Shown: positions 30,457-38,521 of the stretch, piece by piece
Numbering within the stretch: position 1 is the stretch's first letter
Layout of the letters: every line of letters begins with the position of its first letter
Sequence record: NC_105512.1
Strand: one strand, 5' to 3'
From: Escherichia phage JLBYU43
Length of the DNA stretch: 64,000 nt
The notes under the pieces: generated by a model
Seen by the model: the letters and a program-made list of their open reading frames with translations, nothing else
Told to the model about the DNA's origin: nothing
Databases searched by the model: none
Program-made: the position numbers and the translations under genes

Positions 30457-31027
30457 GTTGTTCTGTTAATACTTTTGGGCTTAATCCGGTTAGTTTAGTA
30501 TATCGTCTACGTAAAGTGGACTCTGATACTTCTAGATCTTTAGCTGCCTTAACCCACCCCATTAATAATACCTTTTCAGTTATGTCTTCTAAGGACAATT
30601 CTGGTTTTATTAACTTTCCTGTAGGTTTTGGCTTACAATTTGTACATGTTACTGATCTCTGAAGCATTAGATTTCCACATAAGGGGCAAGGTACTCTACT
30701 ATCAGACCATCCATTATCTTTATTAGTTTTCTTCTGATGTTCTATTTTTGATAAAACTTGAAGATTATCTTTAGATAGATTCAGCCTATCTCTATCCTTG
30801 TGATCTACTTCTAATTCAGGGTCAAATAGATTATATAAGTCCCCAAATACATGAGAAATAATTCGGTGTATAAGTACCGAAGTTTGCTTACCATTTATCT
30901 GTAATTTTACAGCAGGGTATCCATCAACTATATATCTTGATAAAATTTTATTAGTAAATGTAGATAACACATCCCCTGTTTCATTTACTAAATACCCTGG
31001 TGCATCTTTTATTGGTACAAACTGCAT
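30443..31027 (-). CDS. HNH homing endonuclease
   Basis: NUMOD4-like N-terminus, HNH motif EVDHKDRDRLN, Cys-rich zinc ribbon. Confidence 0.7.
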   Translation of the reverse strand: MQFVPIKDAPGYLVNETGDVLSTFTNKILSRYIVDGYPAVKLQINGKQTSVLIHRIISHVFGDLYNLFDPELEVDHKDRDRLNLSKDNLQVLSKIEHQKKTNKDNGWSDSRVPCPLCGNLMLQRSVTCTNCKPKPTGKLIKPELSLEDITEKVLLMGWVKAAKDLEVSESTLRRRYTKLTGLSPKVLTEQRKSK

Positions 31028-31043
31028 ACATTACCCTATAAGT

Positions 31044-31128
31044 TGGTGGGGCTAGGGAGACTCGAACTCCCACGCATTTAAGCTACGGAATCTAAGGCCG
31101 TATTGTCTACCAGTTCCAGCATAGCCCC
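31044..31128 (-). tRNA. tRNA-Leu (UAG), long variable arm
   Basis: perfect acceptor GGGGCTA/TAGCCCC, CCA encoded, loop CTTAGAT. Confidence 0.55.
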
Positions 31129-31133
31129 AAATT

Positions 31134-31207
31134 TGGTGGAGAAAGAGGGAGTTGAACCCTCGTCTTCTGCGTGCAAAGCAGATGTTCTACCATTAAACTA
31201 TATCCCC
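31134..31207 (-). tRNA. tRNA-Ala (UGC)
   Basis: G3-U70 wobble (Ala identity element), loop TTTGCAC, CCA encoded. Confidence 0.6.
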
Positions 31208-31467
31208 AAATTCTTTAGTTTACTAAGGCTATTAGCTCGGTGTGCGTATTACCCTCAGACATTAGCCAGTAGAGGATAACCGCTCTTCACAAACCCGATA
31301 CACTATTCAGTTGCCGCTGAATCTAGTGGACTAATCTAGAACTTCTCCCGAGTCGTAGGGATTGTGCTTTTTGGCAGCCAGTCCTAGGTCGAGCTAATAC
31401 CTTAGTGAACTTTGATGAGGATTTCTCCTCATCAATTTATATAAATATTATAACAAGAAATTAAACA

Positions 31468-31827
31468 TTAAGCAAGTACATTTTTGCAGATTTCTTGTAT
31501 TTCCTTAACGTCACTAACGAAAAGGTAATCAGAGCTTCCAGAGTGCATACTCTGCATAACCACACCACCATCCGGTGCATCTTCTTTCAAAGTAATACCT
31601 AACCAGAACTTGGCAAAACTAGGTGTTACCTCACCTTGACTTGCCTTGAACACATCGCCTTCTGTGATCTCTTGACCAGTGGAGAGTCCCATGTATGGTA
31701 CGTTCAGATCAATATCTTTGTAGAACTCAGCTAGATCTTGCTCGAAATCCCAACCTTTAGAGATAGCGAACTCCATTGTTACATGACCGAAATAGCCTTG
31801 AACCTTGCTTGATAATTGCATTTGCAA
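31468..31827 (-). CDS. hypothetical protein
   Basis: 119-aa ORF. Confidence 0.5.
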   Translation of the reverse strand: MQMQLSSKVQGYFGHVTMEFAISKGWDFEQDLAEFYKDIDLNVPYMGLSTGQEITEGDVFKASQGEVTPSFAKFWLGITLKEDAPDGGVVMQSMHSGSSDYLFVSDVKEIQEICKNVLA

Positions 31828-31846
31828 TTCCTTATTTTGAGTTAAT

Positions 31847-31920
31847 TGGTACTCGGTGATAGAATCGAACTATCGCAACCGCCGTGTAAAGACGGGGTTC
31901 TCCCATTAAACTAACCGAGC
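31847..31920 (-). tRNA. tRNA-Val (UAC)
   Basis: T-arm GATAG-TTCGATT-CTATC, loop TTTACAC, CCA encoded. Confidence 0.55.
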
Positions 31921-31924
31921 AATT

Positions 31925-32002
31925 TGGTGGATTGCCTGGGATTCGAACCCAGAACTGACGGATTAAAGGTCCGCTACTCTTATCCAGTTGAGCTAGCAAT
32001 CC
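31925..32002 (-). tRNA. tRNA-Lys (UUU)
   Basis: perfect acceptor GGATTGC/GCAATCC, loop CCTTTAA (C at position 33), CCA encoded. Confidence 0.5.
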
Positions 32003-32466
32003 AATTTTTCTACTAATAATTTAAAAGCATCTAGTACAGGTACTTCAAACCATTCTCCAGATACTATATAATCTTTAAGAAGATTATGTAATTCTTTCTC
32101 TGTACGTCTTTTATCCGACGAAAATCTGAAATGGTATAGCTTGTAGTCTCTATTAGGTGAATAAGTTTGATAACTTGCTAACCTCTCATTCACATCTATA
32201 GTCATACCTATTTTATACATGCCTGGCCATGCTGGATTACCAATTACATATACAAAACCTTCCGTTATAGGTATTTTATGCTCCCTTTTATACTTTAAGA
32301 GATTTAAGGCTGCCATTCGATAACAGAATCTAAACTCTGAAGTTTTTAACTTACCTTCTTTACCTGAAATTTCGTTATATTTGCTCATATAAGCTCTTAT
32401 GAGCTTATCATCTATAATGAAGTTATCAGGAAGGTTTAAGGCAGATAAAACTTTATTAATTAGCAT
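31993..32466 (-). CDS. T5orf172-domain protein (GIY-YIG-like)
   Basis: motif VYVIGNPAWPGMYKIGMT...ERL...YQTYSP. Confidence 0.55.
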   Translation of the reverse strand: MLINKVLSALNLPDNFIIDDKLIRAYMSKYNEISGKEGKLKTSEFRFCYRMAALNLLKYKREHKIPITEGFVYVIGNPAWPGMYKIGMTIDVNERLASYQTYSPNRDYKLYHFRFSSDKRRTEKELHNLLKDYIVSGEWFEVPVLDAFKLLVEKLDC

Positions 32467-32641
32467 AGACTTCCTTAATAGAATAAACTTTTAAGTAAGG
32501 GTGATTAATACCAAATTCCGCCATCACTTCGTTTTCATCTTTACCGTAATGGGCTAGTGGATACTTCTTACGATCTTTGCTAGAACGCAGATCACTTACT
32601 TTTAAACGAAATAATTTCATTTCGAAATCCTTCTATTAAAT

Positions 32642-32719
32642 TGGAAGCGGGTGTAGGAATCGAACCTACCTCTTTCTAGCTTATGAGACTAGCGATCTCT
32701 ACCAGAGATCTAACCCGCA
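32642..32719 (-). tRNA. tRNA-Met (CAU)
   Basis: loop CTCATAA, T-arm GTAGG-TTCGATT-CCTAC, CCA encoded; 1-72 pair mismatched. Confidence 0.5.
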
Positions 32720-32725
32720 ATTGTT

Positions 32726-32803
32726 TGGTCTCCGTGGGAGGATTTGAACCCCCGACCCTACCGCCCCAAACGGAACGCTCTGGCCAAACTGAGCTACACG
32801 GAG
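32726..32803 (-). tRNA. tRNA-Pro (UGG)
   Basis: perfect acceptor CTCCGTG/CACGGAG, loop TTTGGGG, CCA encoded. Confidence 0.6.
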
Positions 32804-33119
32804 AATATTCTTTGTTAACTCACTTTATAAGATATATTATACAGAGAATTAAGTGAAATAGCAAATGAATTTTTAATAAATTTACTTATTGCGTAGGCCA
32901 CCTGGAGGGTTCAAGCCCCACGGCTGACAAAGAAGTTTGCGAGACTTCTCTTAAATGCCAGAATAGACCCGCCGATCTATCGGAACCTACATAATAAGTA
33001 AACTTTCGTTTACCTACACCTACCTGGTCGGGAGGATTTTCAGCGACTAGAACCGGCCGGAAACTCATCGCCTTGTTTACCCTGTAGTCCCACTATAAGT
33101 GACGCGACCTACAAAGATT

Positions 33120-33193
33120 TGGTGCGGTCGGAGGGAATCGAACCCTCAACTTCTGGTTGGCAACCAAAAATTATACCTTTTAACTACGAACGC
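33120..33193 (-). tRNA. tRNA-Gly (GCC)
   Basis: T-arm GAGGG-TTCGATT-CCCTC, loop TTGCCAA, CCA encoded. Confidence 0.5.
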
Positions 33194-33406
33194 ATAATGA
33201 GTCAATCTAGGTAGGACTTGAACCTACTATCACTTGTGCGGATTTACGAGAACCATTCTTTCACTCGAATCGAACGAGCTTCTACCCTCGGCAAGCTGGT
33301 GTCCCCTCTCCACCACGCTAGAATGATAATTAATGCCTGCTCCTTTGAATCAAGAAGTCCACCCCGGACTTTGGGTCTTTGCAGTACATCACGCTGCTCT
33401 GATGTT

Positions 33407-33483
33407 TGGTACACCCACTAGGACTTGAACCTAGAACCCTCCGCTTAAGAGGCGGTAGCTCTAACCAATTGAGCTATGGATGT
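33407..33483 (-). tRNA. tRNA-Lys (CUU)
   Basis: acceptor ACATCCA/TGGGTGT, loop CTCTTAA, CCA encoded. Confidence 0.5.
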
Positions 33484-33489
33484 ATAATT

Positions 33490-33542
33490 TGGCGGTACTA
33501 AGGGTAATCGAAACCCTACCTCTCCCGTGACAGGGGAGTACC
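33490..33542 (-). tRNA. compact tRNA-like element without D-arm (anticodon loop GUC, Asp-like)
   Basis: 53 nt: acceptor-like stem, hairpin CTCCC-CTGTCAC-GGGAG, T-arm AGGGT-TTCGATT-ACCCT, CCA encoded; no room for a D-arm. Confidence 0.3.
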
Positions 33543-33574
33543 ATTACCAAGCCAGCCCCGATCGCATAATTTAT

Positions 33575-33760
33575 TTACTCAGCTTTGAGTTTTTCGATAG
33601 CTTCCTCAACCTCTTTTAGAGCTTCACGACGCTCTACTTGACCTTGAAGTTCTTCAAGAAGTTCAGCTTTCAGAGCCTTAATAATATTACCACGAACCTT
33701 AATATTATTAATCATATTATCACGATCAGCTTCTAGTCGAGCAATTGCACGAGTTGTCAT
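33575..33760 (-). CDS. small coiled-coil protein
   Basis: 61-aa charged ORF. Confidence 0.35.
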   Translation of the reverse strand: MTTRAIARLEADRDNMINNIKVRGNIIKALKAELLEELQGQVERREALKEVEEAIEKLKAE

Positions 33761-33787
33761 ATCTATTTCCTCAGTTGTTAGTGAAAT

Positions 33788-33873
33788 TGGCGGGCCGTGT
33801 AGGAGTTGAACCTACTTTATCCTTGCGGATACGGATTAACAGTCCGGCGCTTAAACCGTTCAGCCAACGACCC
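33788..33873 (-). tRNA. tRNA with anticodon GUU (Asn-type loop) and long variable arm
   Basis: 86 nt; acceptor GGGTCGT/ACGGCCC, loop CTGTTAA, variable hairpin ATCC-GCAA-GGAT, CCA encoded. Confidence 0.5.
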
Positions 33874-34025
33874 TAAATTTATATTGCTGACTAGGATTTT
33901 CACCTAGACGGAGTTAGCACCGTAGCGTGTAGCGGCATACCTCTCCAAACCGTGCCTCATCTTTCAATTACTGAGGCAGTGTTCCTACGCGTGCCTGAAC
34001 TGTTTTAACAATTCTTTCAGCAAAT

Positions 34026-34101
34026 TGGACGACCGCATGAGATTCGAACTCACATAAAAAGGATTTGCAATCCTTCGCCTAAGCCATTCAGCCAACAGTC
34101 G
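34026..34101 (-). tRNA. tRNA-Cys (GCA)
   Basis: loop TTGCAAA on a perfect AAGGA/TCCTT stem, discriminator U, CCA encoded. Confidence 0.6.
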
Positions 34102-34282
34102 ATTTATCTTGTTTTTCGAGATCTTCAAATTCTAGATTTATAGAATGTCCTATGGACCTAGCATAATAGCTATCTCCAGCATCAGTATCTCTTTCAATTT
34201 GGTACAACCTGTACGCAACGATCGTACCTCTTCTCCTTTTCAGGGAGATACTAATCCTTCTCAGTTAAAGTTGCATATTATC

Positions 34283-34353
34283 TGGCAGGGGTAAAGGTAT
34301 TCGAAACCTTTTCATGGGTTTTGGAGGCCCACTAGCAACCTATGCGTACCCCA
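34283..34353 (-). tRNA. tRNA-Trp (CCA)
   Basis: 3' end CCCCTGCCA as in E. coli tRNA-Trp, loop CTCCAAA. Confidence 0.55.
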
Positions 34354-34362
34354 ATTATTAAT

Positions 34363-34437
34363 TGGCACACCCACGGAGAATTGAACTCCGATTCTCAGAT
34401 TGAAATCCTGATGTCCTAACCATTAGACGATAGGTGC
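34363..34437 (-). tRNA. tRNA-Glu (UUC)
   Basis: Glu-type D-arm GTCTAATGGTTAGGAC, loop ATTTCAA, CCA encoded. Confidence 0.55.
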
Positions 34438-34445
34438 ATTAATTT

Positions 34446-34526
34446 TGGTGGGGGATGGAGGACTCGAACCTCCGCGTGGTATACCCGGTCTACAGCCAGG
34501 CGCCGTCGCCACTGAGCCAATCCCCC
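34446..34526 (-). tRNA. tRNA, probable anticodon GUA (Tyr)
   Basis: perfect acceptor GGGGGAT/ATCCCCC and T-arm, CCA encoded; anticodon arm fold ambiguous. Confidence 0.45.
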
Positions 34527-34632
34527 ATATTTGAATGAAAAGTAAGTCGGTTAAACTCAAAGTGGAATATTTCAGGAAATCCTGACTTTACCCCTAAAAG
34601 CAACTCGCTTAATTACTTCTCATTCAGATATG

Positions 34633-34661
34633 TTTCCAAAGTAGATAACTATTATATCAAG
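34633..34661 (-). promoter_or_regulatory. sigma70 promoter upstream of the tRNA cluster (TTGCTC-17-TATAAT)
   Basis: consensus -10 and 17-bp spacer on the minus strand; a 13-bp-stem hairpin lies immediately upstream at 34662-34701; ~110-nt leader before tRNA-Tyr. Confidence 0.5.
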
Positions 34662-34715
34662 TTTTATGGCACTGAGCAAGTCAGATTTTAAAGAACTTGC
34701 TCAGTGCTATATCAG

Positions 34716-35009
34716 TTAATCAAATGAAGGAGTGACTTTCAAAGTGAATGGAAGTTCGAATACCTCTTCACCTTCATCAGTAACAGTGACTACTCGACCC
34801 TCTAGATTATTCATGCTGATTTCAACATCAGCCGTAGCATCAGGAGCCATACCAGCCTCAATACATTGAGCTTTGATCTCTGGAAGAAGTTCTACATTGT
34901 AGAAATAAAGCCACTCGATCTCACCTTCCCAACCACCCCAGGATTTACATACTGAGCTTTCAATACCAGTTGCTGTAACACGTTTTGACATTCTGATTCC
35001 TCTCATCAA
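34716..35009 (-). CDS. hypothetical protein
   Basis: 97-aa ORF. Confidence 0.5.
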   Translation of the reverse strand: MMRGIRMSKRVTATGIESSVCKSWGGWEGEIEWLYFYNVELLPEIKAQCIEAGMAPDATADVEISMNNLEGRVVTVTDEGEEVFELPFTLKVTPSFD

Positions 35010-35080
35010 TTTATATAACTATTATATCAGAAATTTAAGGCAAAAGGCAAGTACATTTTTAAAAATTCTGTTTGGAGGAG

Positions 35081-35287
35081 TTAAAGACCGGATTCATCAG
35101 CCAGATCTAGACCAATAAGGGTGATTGCCATGATTGCAGCAGCCTGTTCTTTTTCACTCACATCTTTAGCAGACGCGATAATCTTTTCAAATTGTGATTT
35201 AAAATCTGCTACTTCAGCTTCTAAACCAGCTTCAGCAATAATGCCTTTCACCATAATACGCTGCGTCATAATTTCAGGATTTGCCAT
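35081..35287 (-). CDS. hypothetical protein
   Basis: 68-aa ORF. Confidence 0.4.
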   Translation of the reverse strand: MANPEIMTQRIMVKGIIAEAGLEAEVADFKSQFEKIIASAKDVSEKEQAAAIMAITLIGLDLADESGL

Positions 35288-35462
35288 TTGTTTTCTCCAG
35301 TTTCATTTTTAGTATTTTGCAAACAAAGTCAATATCTTCATCCGTGCCTAGATCTCTATCTTCAAGGGTTGCCTTGAAATTTTTTGTTAGTTCCATAAGA
35401 ATAACTTCCCTGGAACGACGTGTTGGCGGAGGTGGATGTCTATACATCTTAATTCCTTAATT

Positions 35463-35537
35463 TGGTGGGTCGGAGGAGAATCTAACTCCTACTCGTTAGC
35501 TTATGAGGCCACCGCTTTAACTTTAAGCTACCGACCC
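35463..35537 (-). tRNA. tRNA with anticodon CAU (Met/fMet/Ile2)
   Basis: perfect acceptor GGGTCGG/CCGACCC, loop CTCATAA, CCA encoded; anticodon stem weak. Confidence 0.5.
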
Positions 35538-35543
35538 TATGTT

Positions 35544-35632
35544 TGGAGGAAGAAGTGGGAATCGAACCCACAAGGCTATATTTCAAACTGACAGATTAGC
35601 AATCTGCTGCAATACCGTTATGCTATTCTTCC
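35544..35632 (-). tRNA. tRNA-Ser (GCU), long variable arm
   Basis: perfect acceptor GGAAGAA/TTCTTCC, loop TTGCTAA, CCA encoded. Confidence 0.55.
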
Positions 35633-35653
35633 GAATTTATAAGATATATTATA

Positions 35654-36172
35654 TTAGAAATTTAGCTTCATAGCAAGAAAATTTTTCAAGTTTTCGGTAG
35701 ACATCTCATCCACATCTACAGGAGAAACAAATCCATTTAATTGTTTAGCAAATTTTTCACCTGCAGGATCATTATCCCCAACAGCTACCAATTTAAAAGG
35801 TAGTAATTTCAATTGCTTTAACAACGCTTTTCCAGGGGAAGAACCCAACATTGCTAGGGCTGGATAACCAGCATTATGTAATGCAACTGCCTTAAATACA
35901 GATTCAGCAATCAATACTACTTTTTCATCTCCATTGAGAGTTTCTAGTCCCCATACACACTGGGTAGTAGAATAAGTAAAATATTTAGCTTCAAAGGGAC
36001 ACTTACCATGACCTTTTGGAGCAGAAGGATTATAAGTTTGATAGCCCCTCAACATCCCAGAGAAATCATATAACGGGACTGTTAGCCATCCTTCCGGACT
36101 TAACCAGCAATGATATTTTTCTGTATCAAATCCCCTAGATAGAAGGTGCTGTGTTAGCTCATCAACACTCAT
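35654..36172 (-). CDS. Toprim-domain protein (primase-like)
   Basis: conserved Glu (LIAES) and DxD (VAVGDNDPAG) typical of DnaG-type Toprim. Confidence 0.45.
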   Translation of the reverse strand: MSVDELTQHLLSRGFDTEKYHCWLSPEGWLTVPLYDFSGMLRGYQTYNPSAPKGHGKCPFEAKYFTYSTTQCVWGLETLNGDEKVVLIAESVFKAVALHNAGYPALAMLGSSPGKALLKQLKLLPFKLVAVGDNDPAGEKFAKQLNGFVSPVDVDEMSTENLKNFLAMKLNF

Positions 36173-36210
36173 ATTTGATCTCCTAGTTAGTTTTATAAAT
36201 ACATTATATA

Positions 36211-36242
36211 GAAAAGCCCGCGCTCTCGGAGGAAACGCGGGC
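36211..36242 (-). terminator. rho-independent terminator
   Basis: AGCCCGCG/CGCGGGCT stem followed by a U-tract on the minus strand. Confidence 0.5.
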
Positions 36243-36267
36243 TTGTTTCGAAGATTACGTGTAACTA

Positions 36268-37284
36268 TTACTTATTACGCATATCCATAATCATCTGGCC
36301 ATCATAACCAGTACCTACAACAGTCTGAGGAACGCCACCCTGATATTTTTCAGCGCGTTTCATATCAACTTCCAGCTGCTTCCAACGAATCATTTCAGGA
36401 GTAATGGTACGTTGCAGAGCGGCGTTAGCTTCAGCTTCTTTCTTAGCTGCGTACAGTTTAGCATCTGCGTCACGTTCGTTAGCTACTGCCATATTTTCAC
36501 GAGCAGAACGATCAGCTTCAGCTTGCTTAACTTTCTGCTGTGCTTCTTGTTCAACACGAGCTAGTTCAGCTTTTGCAGCGTTAACTTGTTCTTCACGAAC
36601 TTTTGTGTTTTGTACCTGTTCCATGATTACCGGTGGCAGAGTAATATCCTGAAGGAATACTTGCTTAACGGTGTAACCATAAGGACGCGCGTACTCTTCT
36701 ACTTCTTGCTGAATAGCGGTTTGCAGTTGAGCCTGAATCTTAGCGTCGAACAGATCTTGTGCTTTTGGTACAGACTTACCAAACTCACGAATCGTAGACA
36801 GCATCTTCTCTTCAACGTACTTGTTCAGAGCTTGATCCTGAGTACCTGCGTTAATACGGTTAATCGGTGCCTTAGAACCATCAAACTGCAACATAACAGT
36901 CAAGTCAACAGTGGATTTAAACTTATCCTGGCTAGGAACCTGAAGTTTATCTAATTTTACAGCAATATCTTTTGTACTAAAAGTATCGAAAGATGCAAAC
37001 GGGTTTACAAGATGGAAACCAGGCAATACTGGATTAGGATCTACTTTACCCAGAAATGTTTGGGTTTTAACCGTACCATCAGAAACAATAGTATATGAAT
37101 TAAAAGCTAGAATCAAGCCTGCTAAACCAACTACAGCACCAATACCCCAACGTTTAATAGTATATGAATTAAAAGCTAGAATCAAGCCTGCTAAACCAAC
37201 TACAGCACCAATACCCCAACGTTTAATAGTACGAATTACTTTCTGCTCAGAAGTCAGTTCTTTCATATTTTTAGTATTAAACAT
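36268..37284 (-). CDS. SPFH/band-7 (prohibitin, HflC-like) membrane protein
   Basis: N-terminal TM anchor, SPFH core, C-terminal coiled coil; contains an exact 69-bp tandem duplication. Confidence 0.7.
   Translation of the reverse strand: MFNTKNMKELTSEQKVIRTIKRWGIGAVVGLAGLILAFNSYTIKRWGIGAVVGLAGLILAFNSYTIVSDGTVKTQTFLGKVDPNPVLPGFHLVNPFASFDTFSTKDIAVKLDKLQVPSQDKFKSTVDLTVMLQFDGSKAPINRINAGTQDQALNKYVEEKMLSTIREFGKSVPKAQDLFDAKIQAQLQTAIQQEVEEYARPYGYTVKQVFLQDITLPPVIMEQVQNTKVREEQVNAAKAELARVEQEAQQKVKQAEADRSARENMAVANERDADAKLYAAKKEAEANAALQRTITPEMIRWKQLEVDMKRAEKYQGGVPQTVVGTGYDGQMIMDMRNK
37087..37231. repeat. 69-bp perfect tandem duplication (2.1 copies)
   Basis: 37088-37156 is identical to 37157-37225; in frame, duplicating the TM segment of the SPFH protein. 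Confidence 0.85.
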
Positions 37285-37318
37285 ATGTTTCCTTTGTTTT
37301 AGTTACAGTTAATAAAAT

Positions 37319-37393
37319 TGGCCGAGGTGACAGGATTCGAACCTGCATAAAGGAATTTAGAAGACTCCTGCCTATCCCTTAGACTACACCCCG
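37319..37393 (-). tRNA. tRNA-Arg (UCU)
   Basis: T-arm GCAGG-TTCGAAT-CCTGT, loop CTTCTAA, CCA encoded. Confidence 0.55.
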
Positions 37394-37995
37394 TTTAGGT
37401 ATTTTTAAGAACTCTCGTAAAAGTCCTTAAAGATACCCAACGGTAGGTAGGGTCAGCCCCCTCAGATTAAGCTCTGCAGCCCTTCCGTCAGACAATATCT
37501 TCCAGTTTAAGTCAAGGTGACTTTGTGGTTATGTTCTCCGTATGTGAAGAACTCGGTTAGGCTTAGGTCATGACTCCCAGCCTACTGCTGCCGCTCAACA
37601 GGAATTATCGCGAATTACCTGTACTATTGGGCACCATTAGTGACATCTCTCATGTCAGCATTTCCCACTTTGTGGATAGCTTGAAAAACTACTCCGATAT
37701 GGAGAAAGAACTTCACTATCCTAGAAATACCTTCTAAAGTTCTTCTTTAGCCTGGACATAGTTAAATCGTAATAAAACTATTCAGCAGACTAGTTGGTTA
37801 GCCTGGAACCAACTACCGCGTGGTTTAGGCAGTGCGTAACTAACCTAGGAAGCTTTTACGTTAAAAGCATCAGTTATCCAGTTCTTACCGACCGTAGGAT
37901 TCGAACCTACATCTTCCACCAGTTACGGCTTGATAATACCAATTATACTAGGACGGCAGTGTTACTACATAAGTGATTTCCACACACCACTATTA

Positions 37996-38478
37996 CTAAC
38001 CAAAGTTAGTAAATTCTTTATGTAAGGATTCTCTTAATATCTTAGAGGCCTCGAAAGCCTCTTCCGCAGTTTTAAACCCTCTTTTACTGTAATTTTTTCC
38101 TTCATGTCTTACTTGGTATCTCCAGGAAGAGCCTTCCCAACTTACTCCTTTGTACCCAGAAGTATTATTGCATTGTTGGTTTCTATTCGCATTGTTTTGC
38201 GATCTAGAGGCGTCCCTTAGATTATTTTTCCTATTATTTCTAGGATTAGTATCCTTATGATCTACTTCTTCAGGCCTATATCCATAGTACATAATAAACA
38301 ATAAGACATGCAGTTGATAGGTGTCGCCCTGAAATCCCACATCTGGGTGTGATTTCTTATTATTGGCACAACACTCTTTCAAACCTTTCTTTGTTTTCCT
38401 ATATAGTACCCCATTATCAGGATCAGCTACAAAATATTTTTCAAGTATTTCTTTAGTAGGGTATTCTTTCCTTTTCAT
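37996..38478 (-). CDS. HNH endonuclease with AP2-like domain
   Basis: HNH motif (EVDHKDTNPRNN) plus C-terminal YKGVSWEGSSWRYQV. Confidence 0.65.
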   Translation of the reverse strand: MKRKEYPTKEILEKYFVADPDNGVLYRKTKKGLKECCANNKKSHPDVGFQGDTYQLHVLLFIMYYGYRPEEVDHKDTNPRNNRKNNLRDASRSQNNANRNQQCNNTSGYKGVSWEGSSWRYQVRHEGKNYSKRGFKTAEEAFEASKILRESLHKEFTNFG

Positions 38479-38521
38479 GAAACTATTATATCAACTTTTT
38501 CGATGTTAAGCAAATCAATTT

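Noticed and set aside
37886-37957. Candidate tRNA with T-arm GTAGG-TTCGAAT-CCTAC
   Set aside because: The acceptor pairs only with a mismatch plus wobble, there is no CCA and no foldable anticodon stem; probably a pseudogene or remnant.
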